NCBI RefSeq assembly: GCF_001194135.2
Contig: NC_068993.1
Coordinates: 61,397,896 to 61,461,895 of the forward strand
From: Octopus bimaculoides
Lineage: Eukaryota
Direction: 5' to 3'
DNA length: 64,000 nucleotides
The position numbers and the translations under genes were made by a program. The notes under the pieces were generated by a model. The model did no database searches. It had not been told where the DNA came from and was given only the letters and a program-made list of their open reading frames with translations. Shown piece after piece: positions 39,876 through 54,136 of the stretch; the stretch's first letter is position 1; each line of letters begins with the position of its first letter.

Positions 39876-42022
39876 GTTTTTCTCTGGAACTATAAGACCC
39901 TTAAGCTACAGCTGGAGTTGAGTGTTGTGAAGGCATTTTTAACAATAGTCTGTATGATCCTTAAACGATGAATACAAGGACCTCTTGACTAGGAGAGGAA
40001 GTAGAACTGACAGTCCTCATCTTCACCGGTAATTTCCCATAAGGGTCACTAGTCCATGCAAATACCTAAAAGAGGTACATACTGAGAATAAGCCATTGTC
40101 AAAATGTGGGGACAAGAGGCATTGTTAAATGCCATTTTCTGGAAAGGATTGTTTCAGTTTTGATACTGAAATGGTTTATTTTACTGTCAGTGTTTCTCCT
40201 TCCTTTCTGTTTGTATTTGTTGTTGGATTGTTCGTAAAGGTTCATAAGAGAAAGTAGTTGTTGAAAGGATTTGTATTAGAAAGAGGAAATTAGATTTTAT
40301 TAGGGAGAAAATGTTTACTTGTGTAGTTTTATAGATTTTATTCGTTATTAGGAATTTCTTTGAGTGAAAAAATGACGCAGTGACCTAACAAATTGTATTT
40401 AGAATATTAATTGCAATTCTTTAATCCAAGAAATTTGGAATTGTGTAAATGTATGAATTTTAAACATACACACACACAGAGAAAATCTGCCTTTTATAGT
40501 ATAGATATATATATATGTATGTTTGTGTGTATCCGTCTTAACATCATATGATTGTTGTAAACAAGCATCTCTGTCATACAAGCAAGGACGTTCATTTCCA
40601 GTTTGGCCATGCAAAAATATTACCCTGCTTGGAAACTGGTGAGCATTGGTGACAAGAAGGGGATCTGGCTGTAGAAAATTTACCTCAGCAAATGTGATCT
40701 TTTCAAGCATAAAAAGTGGATGTGAAATGATGACAATTGATATTAAATTTGCTAAAAATTATTTGGGTAAGTTACAAAGTTCATCACTTAAATCTTTAGA
40801 AAGATGTACCCCTATGCAAAAATTAAGCTACCCAAGTGCGGATCTGTGGCTGACAACTTGGAATATACATACATTAATTTTTATGTCTTTTATCTTTTAC
40901 GTGTTTCAGCCATTAGGCTGCGGCCATGTCGGGGCACCACTTTCAAGGATTTTAGTTGAATGAATCGACCCCAGTACTGGCATGGGTGGGAAGGTTTGAT
41001 AAGAGCTGACCGGGCCGAAGCCTGCACCAGACTTCTGTGACTGTTTTAGCAGGATTTTTACAGCTGGATGCCCTTCCTTACACCAACCACTCAGCAGAGT
41101 GGACTGAATGCTTTGTAAATGGCACCTGCACTAACAGGGTCACCATGTACTTGCAAGACACACACACACACATATATATATGCTTGAGTGTGTCTTTGTG
41201 TCTGTCCACCACCCTTGTTTGACAACTAGTGTTGGTTTGTTTACACCCCCATAACTAAGCAGTTTGGCAAAAGAGACCAACAGAATAAGGACACGGCTTA
41301 AAAATAAGTACTTACTCTGTCAGTTTCTTTTGTTGAACTGCTATGTATATATTGCAGTTCATTTTTGAAGCTCTGATGATGCCACAAGGGGATACAGAGG
41401 CATTCAGCTGTGAGTGCATTGTATCTTATAGCAGAAACAACTGTAAGCTAATGAAATACATGGCATAATTTTTTTTATTCCCTTGTCAATTCAATTTCTT
41501 ATTACTGTTCTGCACTTGACTGGCACTTTGTCCTGGAACATGTCTATTGAGTTCTAACGCCAGCTTATTAATATCACTACGTCTAAGCAATACACACACA
41601 CGATTATATTTCCAATGGCAGTGTAACTATTACTGAGGCTCTCTCACTATGAACATTGATGTTTAAAGACATCGGCAGTTATTTAATATATTTACTTATA
41701 TTTATTTATCTTTCTATCTATCTATATATCAGTGCAGTGATGGATCACCCTATCTGATTGTGAAAGCCAATATAGTTGGCTGGAAACTCTAGTCCTTTCT
41801 TTAATTATCTGTTATCTTGGAGGAAGCATTCTTGGAATCACTTAGCTAAAGTTACAGTAGAGATGCTACAAGGTGGAGTTAGAGTTCTTTTTTGGTTTGT
41901 AGCTTTTGTTCACTGCCATTATCTTTTTTATTTGTGTTTTTTTCTTCTTCTTTCTTTCCCATGGTTTTGTTCTGTTAAATGCAATATATTCACTGTCTGA
42001 TTCTCTGAGTGCATATATATTC

Positions 42023-42070
<48 letters not shown>

Positions 42071-43312
42071 CATACATGCGAGAGTGTGATATATAACATA
42101 CATACACTTGCCTACGGTGCCACACAGTGGGACTGAACCCCAAACCATGTGGTTGGGAAGCCATGTCTGTACCTTAGCATATTTAAAGCATTGGCCAGGA
42201 ACTGAACCCAGGTTGCCCACATAGCAGGCAATCATTCTATCACTGAGTCTCTCTCATATTTATTCCTTTATTGGTAGAATCCACAAAGAAAAGTACTTAT
42301 AAGAACAGTAGCTCTTAGTAGTTCTATGAACAACAGATATGGTGCCTTGACAATGCAGAAACTTGTCTTACAGTCTGATAATGTTGTAAATGTCCCAGAA
42401 GAGAAATTCTCCTAAAGGACAGTCTGAATGAAACCACTGAGCTGGGTGGTGAATGATGTCATCAAACTGTAGGACATGTTATACATGTCCAATCTCAACA
42501 ATACCTGTTTCTGTATTGTTAAACCTCAACAGCTGAAAACACCAAATCTATCATAGCTGATGAATTGATTATTTCCAGCTTGACAAAGCTTTGTGCACCC
42601 TTGCAAATTCATTATTTGCTGTTTGCTCATTGTGATTTTAAATGACAGGTTCAGTGTCTGCACCTGATGCAGCTTAATGACACAGAAACACGTCCTTACA
42701 AGCCAAGGATGTCATTTATAACCTGTCTTGGTGCATTTTCACTGTTACTACAATGATGATTGTTCCATATTTGAGTATATATGAACATGTTAAATATAAA
42801 TGTACACACCTATGTGTATCTATCTAGATATCACATACCCCCCCCCCAATGAACCCCCACCACCATTCACTGTTAGCATATGTCCATGCACCTGTCTATA
42901 ATTAGATTAGTGTACAATATTTTGTTGTTATTGTCTAGCCACAGGTAGTAAATGACCAATGACCAAAGGCATTTCATCTGTAAGCTTCTTTATTTCTTTT
43001 ATTTGTTTCAGTCACTTGACTGCGGCCATGCTGGAGCACCGCCTTTCGTCGAACATGAGCAAATGGTAAAGCGTCTGTGTAACCATTTGACCTTCTAGAA
43101 ATAGCTGCTAAGCCTCTCTGAAATTACACCCTAGCATCTGCGAGAACTTTGCAAAGATGCAATATGGTGGGAGATGAATATTTTGAATGACAGGATGGTC
43201 ATGGCTGGCATGTCTTTTATTAAAGGTGTGCCGTAACAGGTCTGGTCTGGACCTAACTGCCAACCAACCGTGTCCATGTCCATATGTGTTTGTGTGTCAT
43301 GATGATGAGTTT

Positions 43313-43345
<33 letters not shown>

Positions 43346-43346
43346 G

Positions 43347-43384
<38 letters not shown>

Positions 43385-43390
<6 letters not shown>

Positions 43391-43690
43391 CAAGTGGTTA
43401 GTGTATTTGGCTCAAGATCTTATGGTCATGAGTTCAATCCTCAGTGGTGCATTGTGGCCTTGAGCAAGACACTTTATTCCACATTGGTCCGGTCTGGCAA
43501 AAACGAGTTGTACCTGTAATTCAAAGGGGCCAGCTTTGTCATACCCTCTTTGATGGTGAATCTCTCTGAAAACTACATAAAGGGTACGTGTCTGTGATGC
43601 ACTCAACCACTTGCACATGGATTTCATGATCAGGATGTTCTGTTGATTGGATCAACTGGAACTTTCATTGTCACAACTGACGGAGTGTCA
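43385..43690 (+). mobile_element. SINE family F copy
   Basis: tggccaagtggttag...gagttcaatcc...ttgagcaagacactttatt...ttggatcaactggaac. Related heads at 24405-24625 (+), 32355-32525 (+) and 15030-15315 (-). Confidence 0.7.
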
Positions 43691-43734
43691 GTTTATACAC
43701 ACACACACACACACACACACACATTCTTTTATTT

Positions 43735-43951
43735 GTTTTATTCATTTGATTGCGGCCATGCTGGAGTACCACCTTAAGGGGTTTTAGTCAAACAAATCGA
43801 CCCCAGGATTTATTCTTTGTAAGCCTAGTACTTATTCCATCAGTCTTGTTTACATAACCACTAAGTTACGGTGACATAAACACACCAACATTGGTTGTCA
43901 AGTACAAACACACAAATATATACACACACATATCTATCTATCTATCTATCA

Positions 43952-43995
<44 letters not shown>

Positions 43996-44130
43996 TGACA
44001 GGCTTCTTTCAGTTTCCATCTACCAAATCCACACACAAGGCTTTGGCTAGCCTGAGATTATAGTAGAAGACACTTGCCCAAGGTGCCACAGTGGGACTGA
44101 ACCCAGAACGATGTGGTTGGGGAACAAGCC
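43735..44130 (-). mobile_element. SINE family B copy
   Basis: Full reverse-complement head, microsatellite and tail. Confidence 0.78.
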
Positions 44131-44168
44131 TCTTACTACACACCCACACCTATACATACACATATACA

Positions 44169-44245
<77 letters not shown>

Positions 44246-45343
44246 TGTGTGTGTGTGTTAACAATAACTTTGGTAGCTATATTATAGTATTCTGTATGTA
44301 ATAATGAAGTTGATGTTGTGGGAGGAGGTGAATGAGAAGGAAGAGGCTATCAGTGGTAGGGGTGGAGGTCTTAGAGAAGGTGGAGAAGGATGAGTAGTAG
44401 GATAGATAAGGTTGGAGTGACTGGAGTAGGCAGAGGAGGTGGAACAGTGTAATATAAGTGTGGTGGTGGTGATGATGATGATGATAGGGAAATGAAGGAA
44501 GGGGCAAGAGATAAGGAGTGGTAGTATGAATGAGGCAGTCATGATAGCCGTGGAGGAAGGAGTAGGAGGAGTAGTAATGTGAATATGACAGTGATGATGA
44601 TGATGATGTTGGAAATGGTGAAAAGAAAAAAAAGAAACGGCATCAATGATGATGATGATGATGTTTGGATTGGTAAAGTTATAATAATATCAGTACGATG
44701 ATGATGATGGTGGTGGTGGTGTTGGGGAGGAAAGAAGTGGTGAAAAAAGTAGTATAGTAGTGGTGATGATGATGATGGTGTTGGGAGTGGTGAGGTGTGA
44801 GGAAGCAGTATAAGCATCAGTGTAGCTATGGTGATGATGATGGGATAGAGAGAGAGAGAGAGAGAATGTGGCACAGTTCCAAGTTGTTGAATCTTCTGGA
44901 GATGTTGTTGTTCTTTCTTTTCTCCCACCCCCCCATTTAATCTCTTGAATAAGGTTAAAGCTGTTGAAAATAACCCAGTCATGGTAGCAGTGGTGGTGGG
45001 ACAGGAGCGGCGAGCGGGCGTTACTTTGTGTGTGTGTGTGTGTCTGTGTGTCTGTATGAATGTGCTTGTGTTTCCTAGTCAGATGTGTTTGTTTTTGTGT
45101 GGAGTTTAAGTATGTGTGTGTGTGTATGTGCATAGATTGCAGTGAGTATATATATGGGGGCGGGGGGGTTGCTCTGTGTGTGTGTGTGTGGTGGGTTCCA
45201 GTGATGTTGCAGTGAGTTTGTGTGTGTGTATATATATATATGTGTGTGTATGTATGCAGGTGAGTGTGTGTGTGTGTGTTTCAAAGTTTGCGTTGGATTT
45301 GTCTGCAGTTTGAGTGTGTTTATTGCATATGGGTTGGTGTAAG

Positions 45344-45374
<31 letters not shown>

Positions 45375-45527
45375 TCTACATTGGAGTCTGAAATTTTGTT
45401 GGTATATACAATGTGTATGTATGTGTACATTGCATCGTATATTAACTTCTGTGTGTGTGTGTGTTTGAGTTGGCGTTGTTTGTGATCAGTATAGGTATAT
45501 GTGTACTTAATATGTATTTGTGCGTGG

Positions 45528-45564
<37 letters not shown>

Positions 45565-46255
45565 TATTTATATTCACATGTGTATATGTGTAAACACCTC
45601 TTTTATTATTTTAATGGTTTCAGTCACTGTATTGCAGCGACCATACTGGGGCATTGTTGTCTAGCTTTTATTTGGTCCCAACTACTTATGTTTTTAACTG
45701 TGGAAATTATTATATTGAATGGTGTTTGTTGAGCTGCTAACTTTCAGGACATCAATACACACACACACACACATATATATATATACGCATGCAACAGGCT
45801 TCCACAGTTTCCATATCCCATATTTTACCCACAATGCATTGGTAAACTCTAGGATGGAGTCTCAGGCACTTGTCCAATCTAGGATTGAACCCCAAGCCAC
45901 AGAGCTGGTTGTGAATTAAATTTTGTGCTCTTACACCAAAATGCCCCCCCCCTTTGAGAGTATTGTAAATGGGAAAGCAAAGATTAAGGTATTGTAGTGG
46001 AGAGGAATATAAACAGTTGACCCCATTGCGCCTTCACTACACTCACATACACACACACACACATACATGCATGCATTCTTTTGATATTTACTGTTTGCGA
46101 AAAGAGTACTCAATACCATATTAGACATTAATGATATCTTATTTTGGTTGAGTCAGAAGCCTCTTGCTTCTCTGAGTTTCACCTGTTGGCATATTGAATC
46201 TTCAGACAAATAGTGCCTACAGGTGAAACTTAGAGTAGCAAGAGCCTGGCTTGAT

Positions 46256-46293
<38 letters not shown>

Positions 46294-46981
46294 TATGCTG
46301 GGCTTCTTTCAGTTTCTGTCTACCAAATTCCCTCAGAAGGCTTTGCTCAGCCTGGGGCTATAATAGAATACACTTGCCAAAGGTGTCGTGCAATGGGACT
46401 GAATCCAGGACCACATGATTGGGAAGCAAACTTTTTAACCGCACAACCAAACCAACACATAAAAAAAAACATAACAAAAACACAAAACAAAAACTTCATT
46501 TTATTATTGATTTTTAAACCTTAAAAGGAGAATAGAAAGTAGAATCGATAGGACACTCAACAAGATGCCTCTCATTATTTCACTACACATTTTTGATTCC
46601 ATTCTGCTATGGGAAATCTCAGCTAAGTGTTATCCTTTGGAATTTGGAAAATACCATTTTTTAATTTTTAAAAATATATTTTTCTCTTCTGGTCTCAAAA
46701 ACAAACTTTGCTTTCTGTTTTTCTGTCTTAATCTTCCCTTTTGCTCCTGTTTTTCTTTATATTTTTCACAACATGACATTTGAAATGTTATTTCCTGAGT
46801 TTATATTTCGTTTTCATAAATTTACCCTCTTTGTATTTCCTATGTCTGCCTCTATTCATCTTCAACCCTGTCGTGCAATTCTTAGAGAATTTCTTCCTAC
46901 ATTCATGTTAACTTCCCAAAGATTTTTGTTATCTTTTCATTTGTTCATTCCTCTTTTTCCCCCTCTCCCTTCCCTATACAT

Positions 46982-47031
<50 letters not shown>

Positions 47032-47214
47032 TTAATGCCTGTTTTCCATATTGGCTTGGATCTGATGGTTCGAGACAAAGTGGCAAGCTCGAGAACTGAA
47101 CCAGGCTCCTGTTGTCTGTTTTGGCATGGTTTCTATGGCTGGATGCCCTTCCGAATGCCTGCCACTTTTTGTACTGGATGCTTTTTATGTGGCACCAGTA
47201 CAGGAAGTGTCATT

Positions 47215-47248
<34 letters not shown>

Positions 47249-47379
47249 AACACACACACACACACACACACCTTTCTTTCAAGACAGCTGCCGTATTTTT
47301 CTTTCCTTTACTCTCTTTCAGTCACTTTAACTTGTTCACAATTTCTTCATCTTGACTGCCTCACTCATTCTCTTCCATT

Positions 47380-47640
47380 TTCTCTCTCTCTCTCACCTTT
47401 TTCTCTCTCTCTCTCTCTCTCACCTTTTTTTCTCTCTCACCTTTCTCTCTCTCTCTCTCTCACCTTTCTCTCTCTCTCACCTTTCTCTCTCTCTCTCACC
47501 TTTCTCTCTCTCTCTCTCACCTTTCTCTCTCTCTCTCTCTCACCTTTCTCTCTCTCTCTCTCTCACCTTTCTCTCTCTCTCTCTCTCACCTTTCTCTCTC
47601 TCTCTCTCACCTTTCTATCTCTCTCTCTCTCACCTTTTTC
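47380..47640. repeat. Compound (CT)n-CACCTTT repeat in the intron upstream of DH exon A
   Basis: Variable-length CT runs punctuated by caccttt. Confidence 0.9.
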
Positions 47641-47844
47641 TCTTGATATCTTTCTTCACCTCTTTCCTCCTATTTTCTCTTCGTCTTTTCTTATTCTTTC
47701 ATCTCATCTTCCTATCTTCACACTTACCTCTTCCTTTCACTTCATTCCCCTCATTCTCGTTTCTTTCACGTTTCGTCTCCATCACAAATACGATTCTTAT
47801 TCTCTNNNNNNNNNNTTCTATCTATACTTTCTTGTTTATTGCAG

Positions 47845-47922
47845 GACAAACGCTACCATGTTGCCCAAGAACTCTACAGAAATGAACAGGAATACGTGGA
47901 CGCTCTCAGAACTTTAAAAGAG
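47845..47922 (+). CDS. RhoGEF DH-domain exon A (DKRYHVAQELYRNEQEYVDALRTLKE)
   Basis: Acceptor tttcttgtttattgcag, donor gtttgt, 78 nt, phase 0-0. Matches the DH conserved region 1 pattern R..V..EL..(T)E..YV..L. Splices in frame to exon B. Confidence 0.93.
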
Positions 47923-49024
47923 GTTTGTATCTTTCTGAGTTTATTAGGAACACTAACTACTATCATGTCTTATGGATGTGACAGTAGCTGACATTTTTCT
48001 CTGCTCCAATTCCATTTCATACTGGGGTCATTTTCACCTTTTCACCCCTCTGGGCTCAATAAATTAAATATCATAAACCAATAAAGAAACCTCTAAGTAG
48101 TTGTTCAATTTGTTAGAAAAAGCAGTTAAATCCAAATCACATTTTTTTTTTTTCCTTAAAAAAAGAAGAGTGGACACATCAGAGTATTGGATAGTCAGGA
48201 CTAGAATTTCTTTCTCTGATATGTCGGTGCTTTAAATGTATCTGGGTAAGTCATGTGTAGGAAGGGAATTCTAGAAGGTCATAACTCCAGGGGAGGACAT
48301 TGGGAAAAGTGTTTAGCATGATGCTAGACTATTGGTTTGGCTTGGCTAAGGTAAGTTGTCGTATACAGTTTGCTAGTTCAGAGAAGAAGCTATTAGAGTG
48401 TCAGTTGTTGTTCTTAGTGAGTCCACAGAATAGGAAGAAACAAAGCCTTGTGGGTGGATGTAGTAAATGGAAACAGAAGGAAGCCCATTGAACATATATA
48501 TATGTGTCTGTGTGTATATATTTGTGTTTGATTCATCTCATCTGTAGAATGAATTGCATACATTACATAAATTAGTAATGAACTTACAAATTGATTCAAT
48601 GCAAAAAGTGTAATTGAAGCCTTCCCCTAAAACAATTACAAGTTTCTAAAATAGCCTAGAGTGAAAATGCTGGTTCTATTACCTTGAAGGATGGCATTCT
48701 TGACCTAGTTGGATCTCATTGACTTCAATGTAATTAGAAGTACATTTGTTCACCATTTGGGCTGTTAATCTCTCTCTTTCTCTAATCTGGTGACATAGAT
48801 TTGGTAATTATCTTTGAAGGAAATTATGCAGTGCACCATAAAGCAGACGAGCAAATGAATGAATTAAACTAATTTGCTATAATATATCCTCACATTGTTC
48901 TGCGACAATGGCAGGGTTGCATCTCATATGTCCCTTAGAGGGGGATCACACAGTGGTGGGGGTCTAACAACAGAAGGACCATTAAACATAATTTGTTTAA
49001 AATCACAATTGAAACGAGTAAAAT

Positions 49025-49287
49025 ATATATATGGCTCCTGTGCCAGTGGCACGTAAAAAGCACCAATGATCATGACTGATGCCAGTACGCCCTGACTGGC
49101 TCCTGTGTTGGTGGCACGTAAAATGCACCCACTACACTCTCAGAGTGGTTGGCGTTAGGAAGGGCATCCAGCTGTAGAAACTCTGCCAAATCAGATTGGA
49201 GCCTGGTGCAGCCGCTGGCTTTCCGGACCTTACCGTCCAACCCATGCCAGCATGGAAAGCAGATATTAAACAATGATGATGATGATA
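49025..49287 (+). mobile_element. RTE-type 3' tail (family C)
   Basis: gtgccagtggcacgtaaaaagcacc modules, gttggcgttaggaagggcatccagctgtagaaac, and a (GAT)n end. Confidence 0.8.
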
Positions 49288-50629
49288 TACTAGTCTGAAT
49301 ATCCAATGAAATACCCAGGCAATTACTTTATTTTCAACTACAACTAATTAAAAATAAAATTGAGCCATGCTGAATAAATGTTTTATTAGCAAATTAATTC
49401 CAATAATTTAATAATTTTCCTATTAATTAGTTTCCTTACTAATGCAGAAGCCTTTTGTTGGACCTCATTTCTTGTTTGGTTATTTGGGGGTCCCTGATAA
49501 TTAGTTTCTCAGCATTCTTCTTCAAGCTGCAACATACCAAGGCCCCCTGAGAGAAGTATAGGATTGAGAGATCCAGATTGGTTACTTTGTGCCTTGTTTA
49601 TAGTCAAAGCAAAACATGGCTTGTATGCAAATTAGCGATATCTAATCTTGAAGGGCAGCTCAGTGTTTGGTACCAGTGGAATTTCTTAATAAAAGGACAA
49701 TCTCACTTTTGTAGGGTTTGCAAAGTGGAATAGTTCTTAAGCCTATGATGCTGCATCAGACAATCTTCTGATGGGAGGTCATGGAACTGTTGGGCCACAA
49801 AATAAAATGCCAGGAAGGTTCTCGGAATTGAAGCTGATTGGCCTCACCTCTTTCATTGAAAGGAAGAAATACCAGTCATCTTCTAAAAGCCCTCTTACCA
49901 GACATGCCTCACAGAAGGGCAACATCTGTTTTGCACAGAACAGGGAAAGGGTTTGATAGAACTAACTGCGATCCAATGTTTGCCGCTTGCATGCAGTGAT
50001 GCAGCTGCCTGTTCAAATAACAGGCATTTTTTTTTTTTTTTTGCCAAACCACATTTATTTACACCTAGAGAAGGCAATGAGCCACCCCTTCAAAACACAT
50101 TGACATTATGTTAAATAAACCAAGAGCACCCCCCACCCTCCTGCCACTTACACTTCTGGCCATTCTAGTTTTTTTTTTCTTTTACAAATATTGCTTAACA
50201 ACATTCAGAGAATAAAAAGGACAGCATTTGTTGTTGTTGTTGCTATTTCCTGTTACCCCATTATTAATGCCTCACCCCAGTCCTACCCATTAACTCCCCC
50301 TCTCTCTCTTTACTGCCCACCTCACCCATTCTGCCTCAAATAATGTTTAACTGCTTGATTATTTCAGGTTATTATTAAAGCTAATTACGTTGACTTTACT
50401 CCCGCTATTATACGCACTGTTGTTCTTCGTTGTTGTTGTTGTTGTGATGATGATGATATTGCAATTTATGTTTTTGTTGTTGCTGTAATTATGATGATGA
50501 TGATGATGATGTTATTGTAGCTTGTGCTTTGTTATTGCTATTGTTGTTGCGGTCATCATAATTATTATGATAGTGATGATGATGTTATTGCAGCTTCTAT
50601 TTGTTGTTGTAATTATTATTATTATTGGT

Positions 50630-50850
50630 AAGCTGGCAGAATCGTTAGCATGCTGGACAAAATGCTTAGCAACGTTTCATCCATCTTTACTTTCTGAGTT
50701 CAAATTCTGGCTGAGGTCATCTTGGCCTTTCATCCTTTCAGGGTTGATGAAATAAATACCAGTAAAATACTAGGGTGGAGGTGGGGGGGTCGATGTAATT
50801 GATTTACCCTCTCCTCTGAAATTGCCGGCCTTGTTCCAAAATTTGAAATC
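50630..50850 (+). mobile_element. SINE family A copy
   Basis: taagctggcagaatcgttagca...ctgagttcaaattc...cttgttccaaaatttgaaa, preceded by (ATT)n. Confidence 0.75.
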
Positions 50851-51361
50851 CTCCTCTTTCTCCTCCTCCTCCTCCTCATCATCATCATCATCATCATGAT
50901 CATGATCATCATGATCATCATGATCATCATCATCATAACTGTTATGTTATCAAAGACAATCTTTTGAGTTGACCGATATCATTTGTAGAGAGAGAGCTTG
51001 AACATAAACCAAATGAAAGCCATTTTGCTAGGCATGTCTGGTCCCACCCACCTCATTGTGGTGACAGTATTATTGCAAGATGTCAGCCTTAGGCTTGAAA
51101 TAAGTTGTTGCTTGTTCTAGAGACAAGAAAGACATTTGTTCTGGGGGCAGATTTGGAAAGGAATTCGCATGACTGACACACACACACACACACACACACA
51201 CTCCATTGCTAGTTGATCCAATTAGATTTTAATTCCCTAAGTATCTAACAGTTGATTAACACGTGGCCAATTTTGTTTTAGCAGTCCTGTGATTAAAGGT
51301 ATTCTCTTTCAGCCATAATCATTCCTGCTTTTAATTTTGCTAGGACTGCCTTTTTATTTAA

Positions 51362-51555
51362 CCCTTTTCGTTACTGTATTTATTTTGAGATGCTCTGTGT
51401 TTCTTTAGTAAAATAACTTGGTTATCATTCAGCTGGTGTTAGGAACATAAATTGTGACTAAGGTTTGGTGGAAGATTTTAATTCAGAACTTATGAAAACA
51501 AGACATTTGTACTACAGAGCCAGAGCTGGTTTCAGCCAGGTTAGGAACGAAAGGG
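51362..51555. mobile_element. TTAA-flanked MITE (piggyBac-like ends)
   Basis: TTAA-CCCTTTTCGTT ... AACGAAAGGG-TTAA: terminal inverted repeats with TTAA on both flanks, 194 bp. Confidence 0.8.
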
Positions 51556-51904
51556 TTAAAGGCTGTAATGTGTGATTTGAGGGAGTTTAAGCTTCTATTT
51601 ATAGCAATTTGTGCAACTGGCTGTTGTTTGTTGTGATGGGAGAACAACAGGTTAGCAGCTACCAAGGGGAGATAAGTCACTTTATTCTTTTATTCTTTAA
51701 TTCCTTTATTCTTTCATTTTTTCATTTGTTTCACTCATTAGATTGCGGCCATGCAGAATTCTAGTCAAATGAATCGACCACAGTACTCAGTTTTTTTTTC
51801 TTTTTTTTTTTTTGAAAGACCGATACCTATTTTATCAGTCTCTTTTGCTGAACTGCTAAGTTATGAGAATGTAAACCTACCAACACCAGTTGTCAAGTGG
51901 TGGT

Positions 51905-52418
51905 ATTTTCATATCAAATTTTTGATCACAGAGTCTCCAGACCCATGCTTGACCACTGTCAGGAAATACAACAAATCTGGACTCCTCAGAGAATATGGCA
52001 GTGTCCCAAAATGCTAGTGGCCTCTCCACCATCTCAACTGGCCAATCTTTTCTCTGCTTGATGTTGGCTGGTCAAAGAAGTGGTTTCCTTCTTGCTGCTC
52101 TGCCATAGTAACCAAGTTTGTGGAGATTCCTGACAGCTGTTCTGGGACTGACATCAACTAGTTCTGCTATGTTAGAGGCCTTGCAATGAGAATTATTCTC
52201 CATACTTCTCTTGTCAAAGAGAAGGGTCCTGTCAGAGGGCCTTGGTTGATCTGGACAAGGTGATGTGGACTCCTTCCCCTCTCTGGTGAATTGCACAATC
52301 ATTCTGTTAACTATAGAAAGGTTTCCTGCAATTTTACGCTATGTCCACCATCACAATGACCCACAATATGACCTCTTTGAAATTCGGACAGTTCCAAGGC
52401 TTCTTTTGTATGTGGCAT
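51905..52418 (-). mobile_element. Tc1-like transposase relic (N-terminal HTH to first catalytic region)
   Basis: MPHTKEALELSEFQRGHIVG...VSPRTAVRNLHKLGYYGRAARRKPLL*...FWDTAIFSEESRF..F...WVWR, with frameshifts and stops. The 3' part is cut off by a SINE at ~51900. Confidence 0.85.
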
Positions 52419-53603
52419 GATCAAAAAGCCACATATATAATCTGAAACATAAAAATGTCAATCAATAAAAAAAAAGTATAAACCTTTACAAGTTAGAATA
52501 AACATAAAAACAATGTTTTATGGGGTGTCTATTTACTTCTGTCATGTCTGTACACACACACACACACACACACTACATAGAAATGCGTATACTCTTTTTG
52601 TATTTGGTTTGCAAGATTCCTGATGCAAACTCATGTAACCAATTGACGAATTATTAACAAGAAGTGAAACTGAACCAGTGTGTGTTTATCATCGGCATAA
52701 CGACCCTCCTGAGTAACTTGGCCTGTTGATTCTGCTTTTTAAAAGATTTGATTTCTAATTAAAATTTATTATTTTCAATATTTACTTTTAATTATTTTCA
52801 TTATTTGCTTAATGTTTGTCTTCTTTTTATGGCAGCTGAAGGTACTTTTTATTTTTAACCACTAGAGTGGAAACTTGTTGTAAGCTAAGCAAACTGTGGC
52901 AAACAGAACTATGTGCCTTCAGTATTGGCACAATACAACTACTGTCTCTCTTTGTCTCCTTCCCTAATACATACATACATATATATATNNNNNNNNNNNN
53001 NNNNNNNNNNNNNNNNNNNNNNNNNNNNNNNNNNNNNNNNNNNNNNNNNNNNNNNNNNNNNNNNNNNNNNNNNNNNNNNNNNNNNNNNNNNNNNNNNNNN
53101 NNNNNNNNNNNNNNNNNNNNNNNNNNNNNNNNNNNNNNNNNNNNNNNNNNNNNNNNNNNNNNNNNNNNNNNNNNNNNNNNNNNNNNNNNNNNNNNNNNNN
53201 NNNNNNNNNNNNNNNNNNNNNNNNNNNNNNNNNNNNNNNNNNNNNNNNNNNNNNNNNNNNNNNNNNNNNNNNNNNNNNNNNNNNNNNNNNNNNNNNNNNN
53301 NNNNNNNNNNNNNNNNNNNNNNNNNNNNNNNNNNNNNNNNNNNNNNNNNNNNNNNNNNNNNNNNNNNNNNNNNNNNNNNNNNNNNNNNNNNNNNNNNNNN
53401 NNNNNNNNNNNNNNNNNNNNNNNNNNNNNNNNNNNNNNNNNNNNNNNNNNNNNNNNNNNNNNNNNNNNNNNNNNNNNNNNNNNNNNNNNNNNNNNNNNNN
53501 NNNNNNNNNNNNNNNNNNNNNNNNNNNNNNNNNNNNNNNNNNNNNNNNNNNNNNNNNNNNNNNNNNNNNNNNNNNNNNNNNNNNNNNNNNNNNNNNNNNN
53601 NNN

Positions 53604-53703
<100 letters not shown>

Positions 53704-53750
53704 TCGTACTTGCTTACTCTTTCACTCTCTGTGTTACTTTTCTCTTGCAG

Positions 53751-53927
53751 AAATACATGATTCCACTGAAAACCCAGAAGAACTTGGATGAGAATACAGT
53801 TGCCACTATATTTCACATGGTTCCAGAGATTCTTACACACCACACCATCTATTTAGACTTTCTCAATAATGTTTGGGAGAACTGGGACTCCAAGTCAAGC
53901 ACACTCGGTGATATAATCATCTGCTTT
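53751..53927 (+). CDS. RhoGEF DH-domain exon B (KYMIPLKTQKNLDENTVATIFHMVPEILTHHTIYLDFLNNVWENWDSKSSTLGDIIICF)
   Basis: Acceptor acttttctcttgcag, donor gtaagt, 177 nt, phase 0-0. Y..PL...IF...PEIL.HH..L...W...GD pattern as in ARHGEF10/17-type DH domains. Confidence 0.95.
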
Positions 53928-54026
53928 GTAAGTAGTTCTCATCATTCAGTTGATGAAAGCTTTCTCAGCTTTTACAATTAATTCTTTAGTTTATTGGGAT
54001 GTGTGTGTGTGTGTGTGTGTATGAAC

Positions 54027-54068
<42 letters not shown>

Positions 54069-54136
54069 TATACACCAGTGTTTATTCTTGTGTGTATATG
54101 CTGACCTATGTTATATATACATGTGAATGTATAACA

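Noticed and set aside
41371-41410. CTGATGA-TGCC...GGCA resembling a hammerhead half
   Set aside because: No GAAA after the stem and no stem I or III.
42661-42696. CTGATGC...GAAACACGTC hammerhead-like string
   Set aside because: The core is mutated, stem II cannot pair and there is no stem I complement.
47126-47917. 263-aa Leu/Ser ORF overlapping DH exon A
   Set aside because: Made of an RTE tail and CT repeats. The real exon is in another frame.
49600-49950. AYDAASDNLL-WEVMELLG resembling a LINE RT motif
   Set aside because: Too short and degraded to assign without a search.
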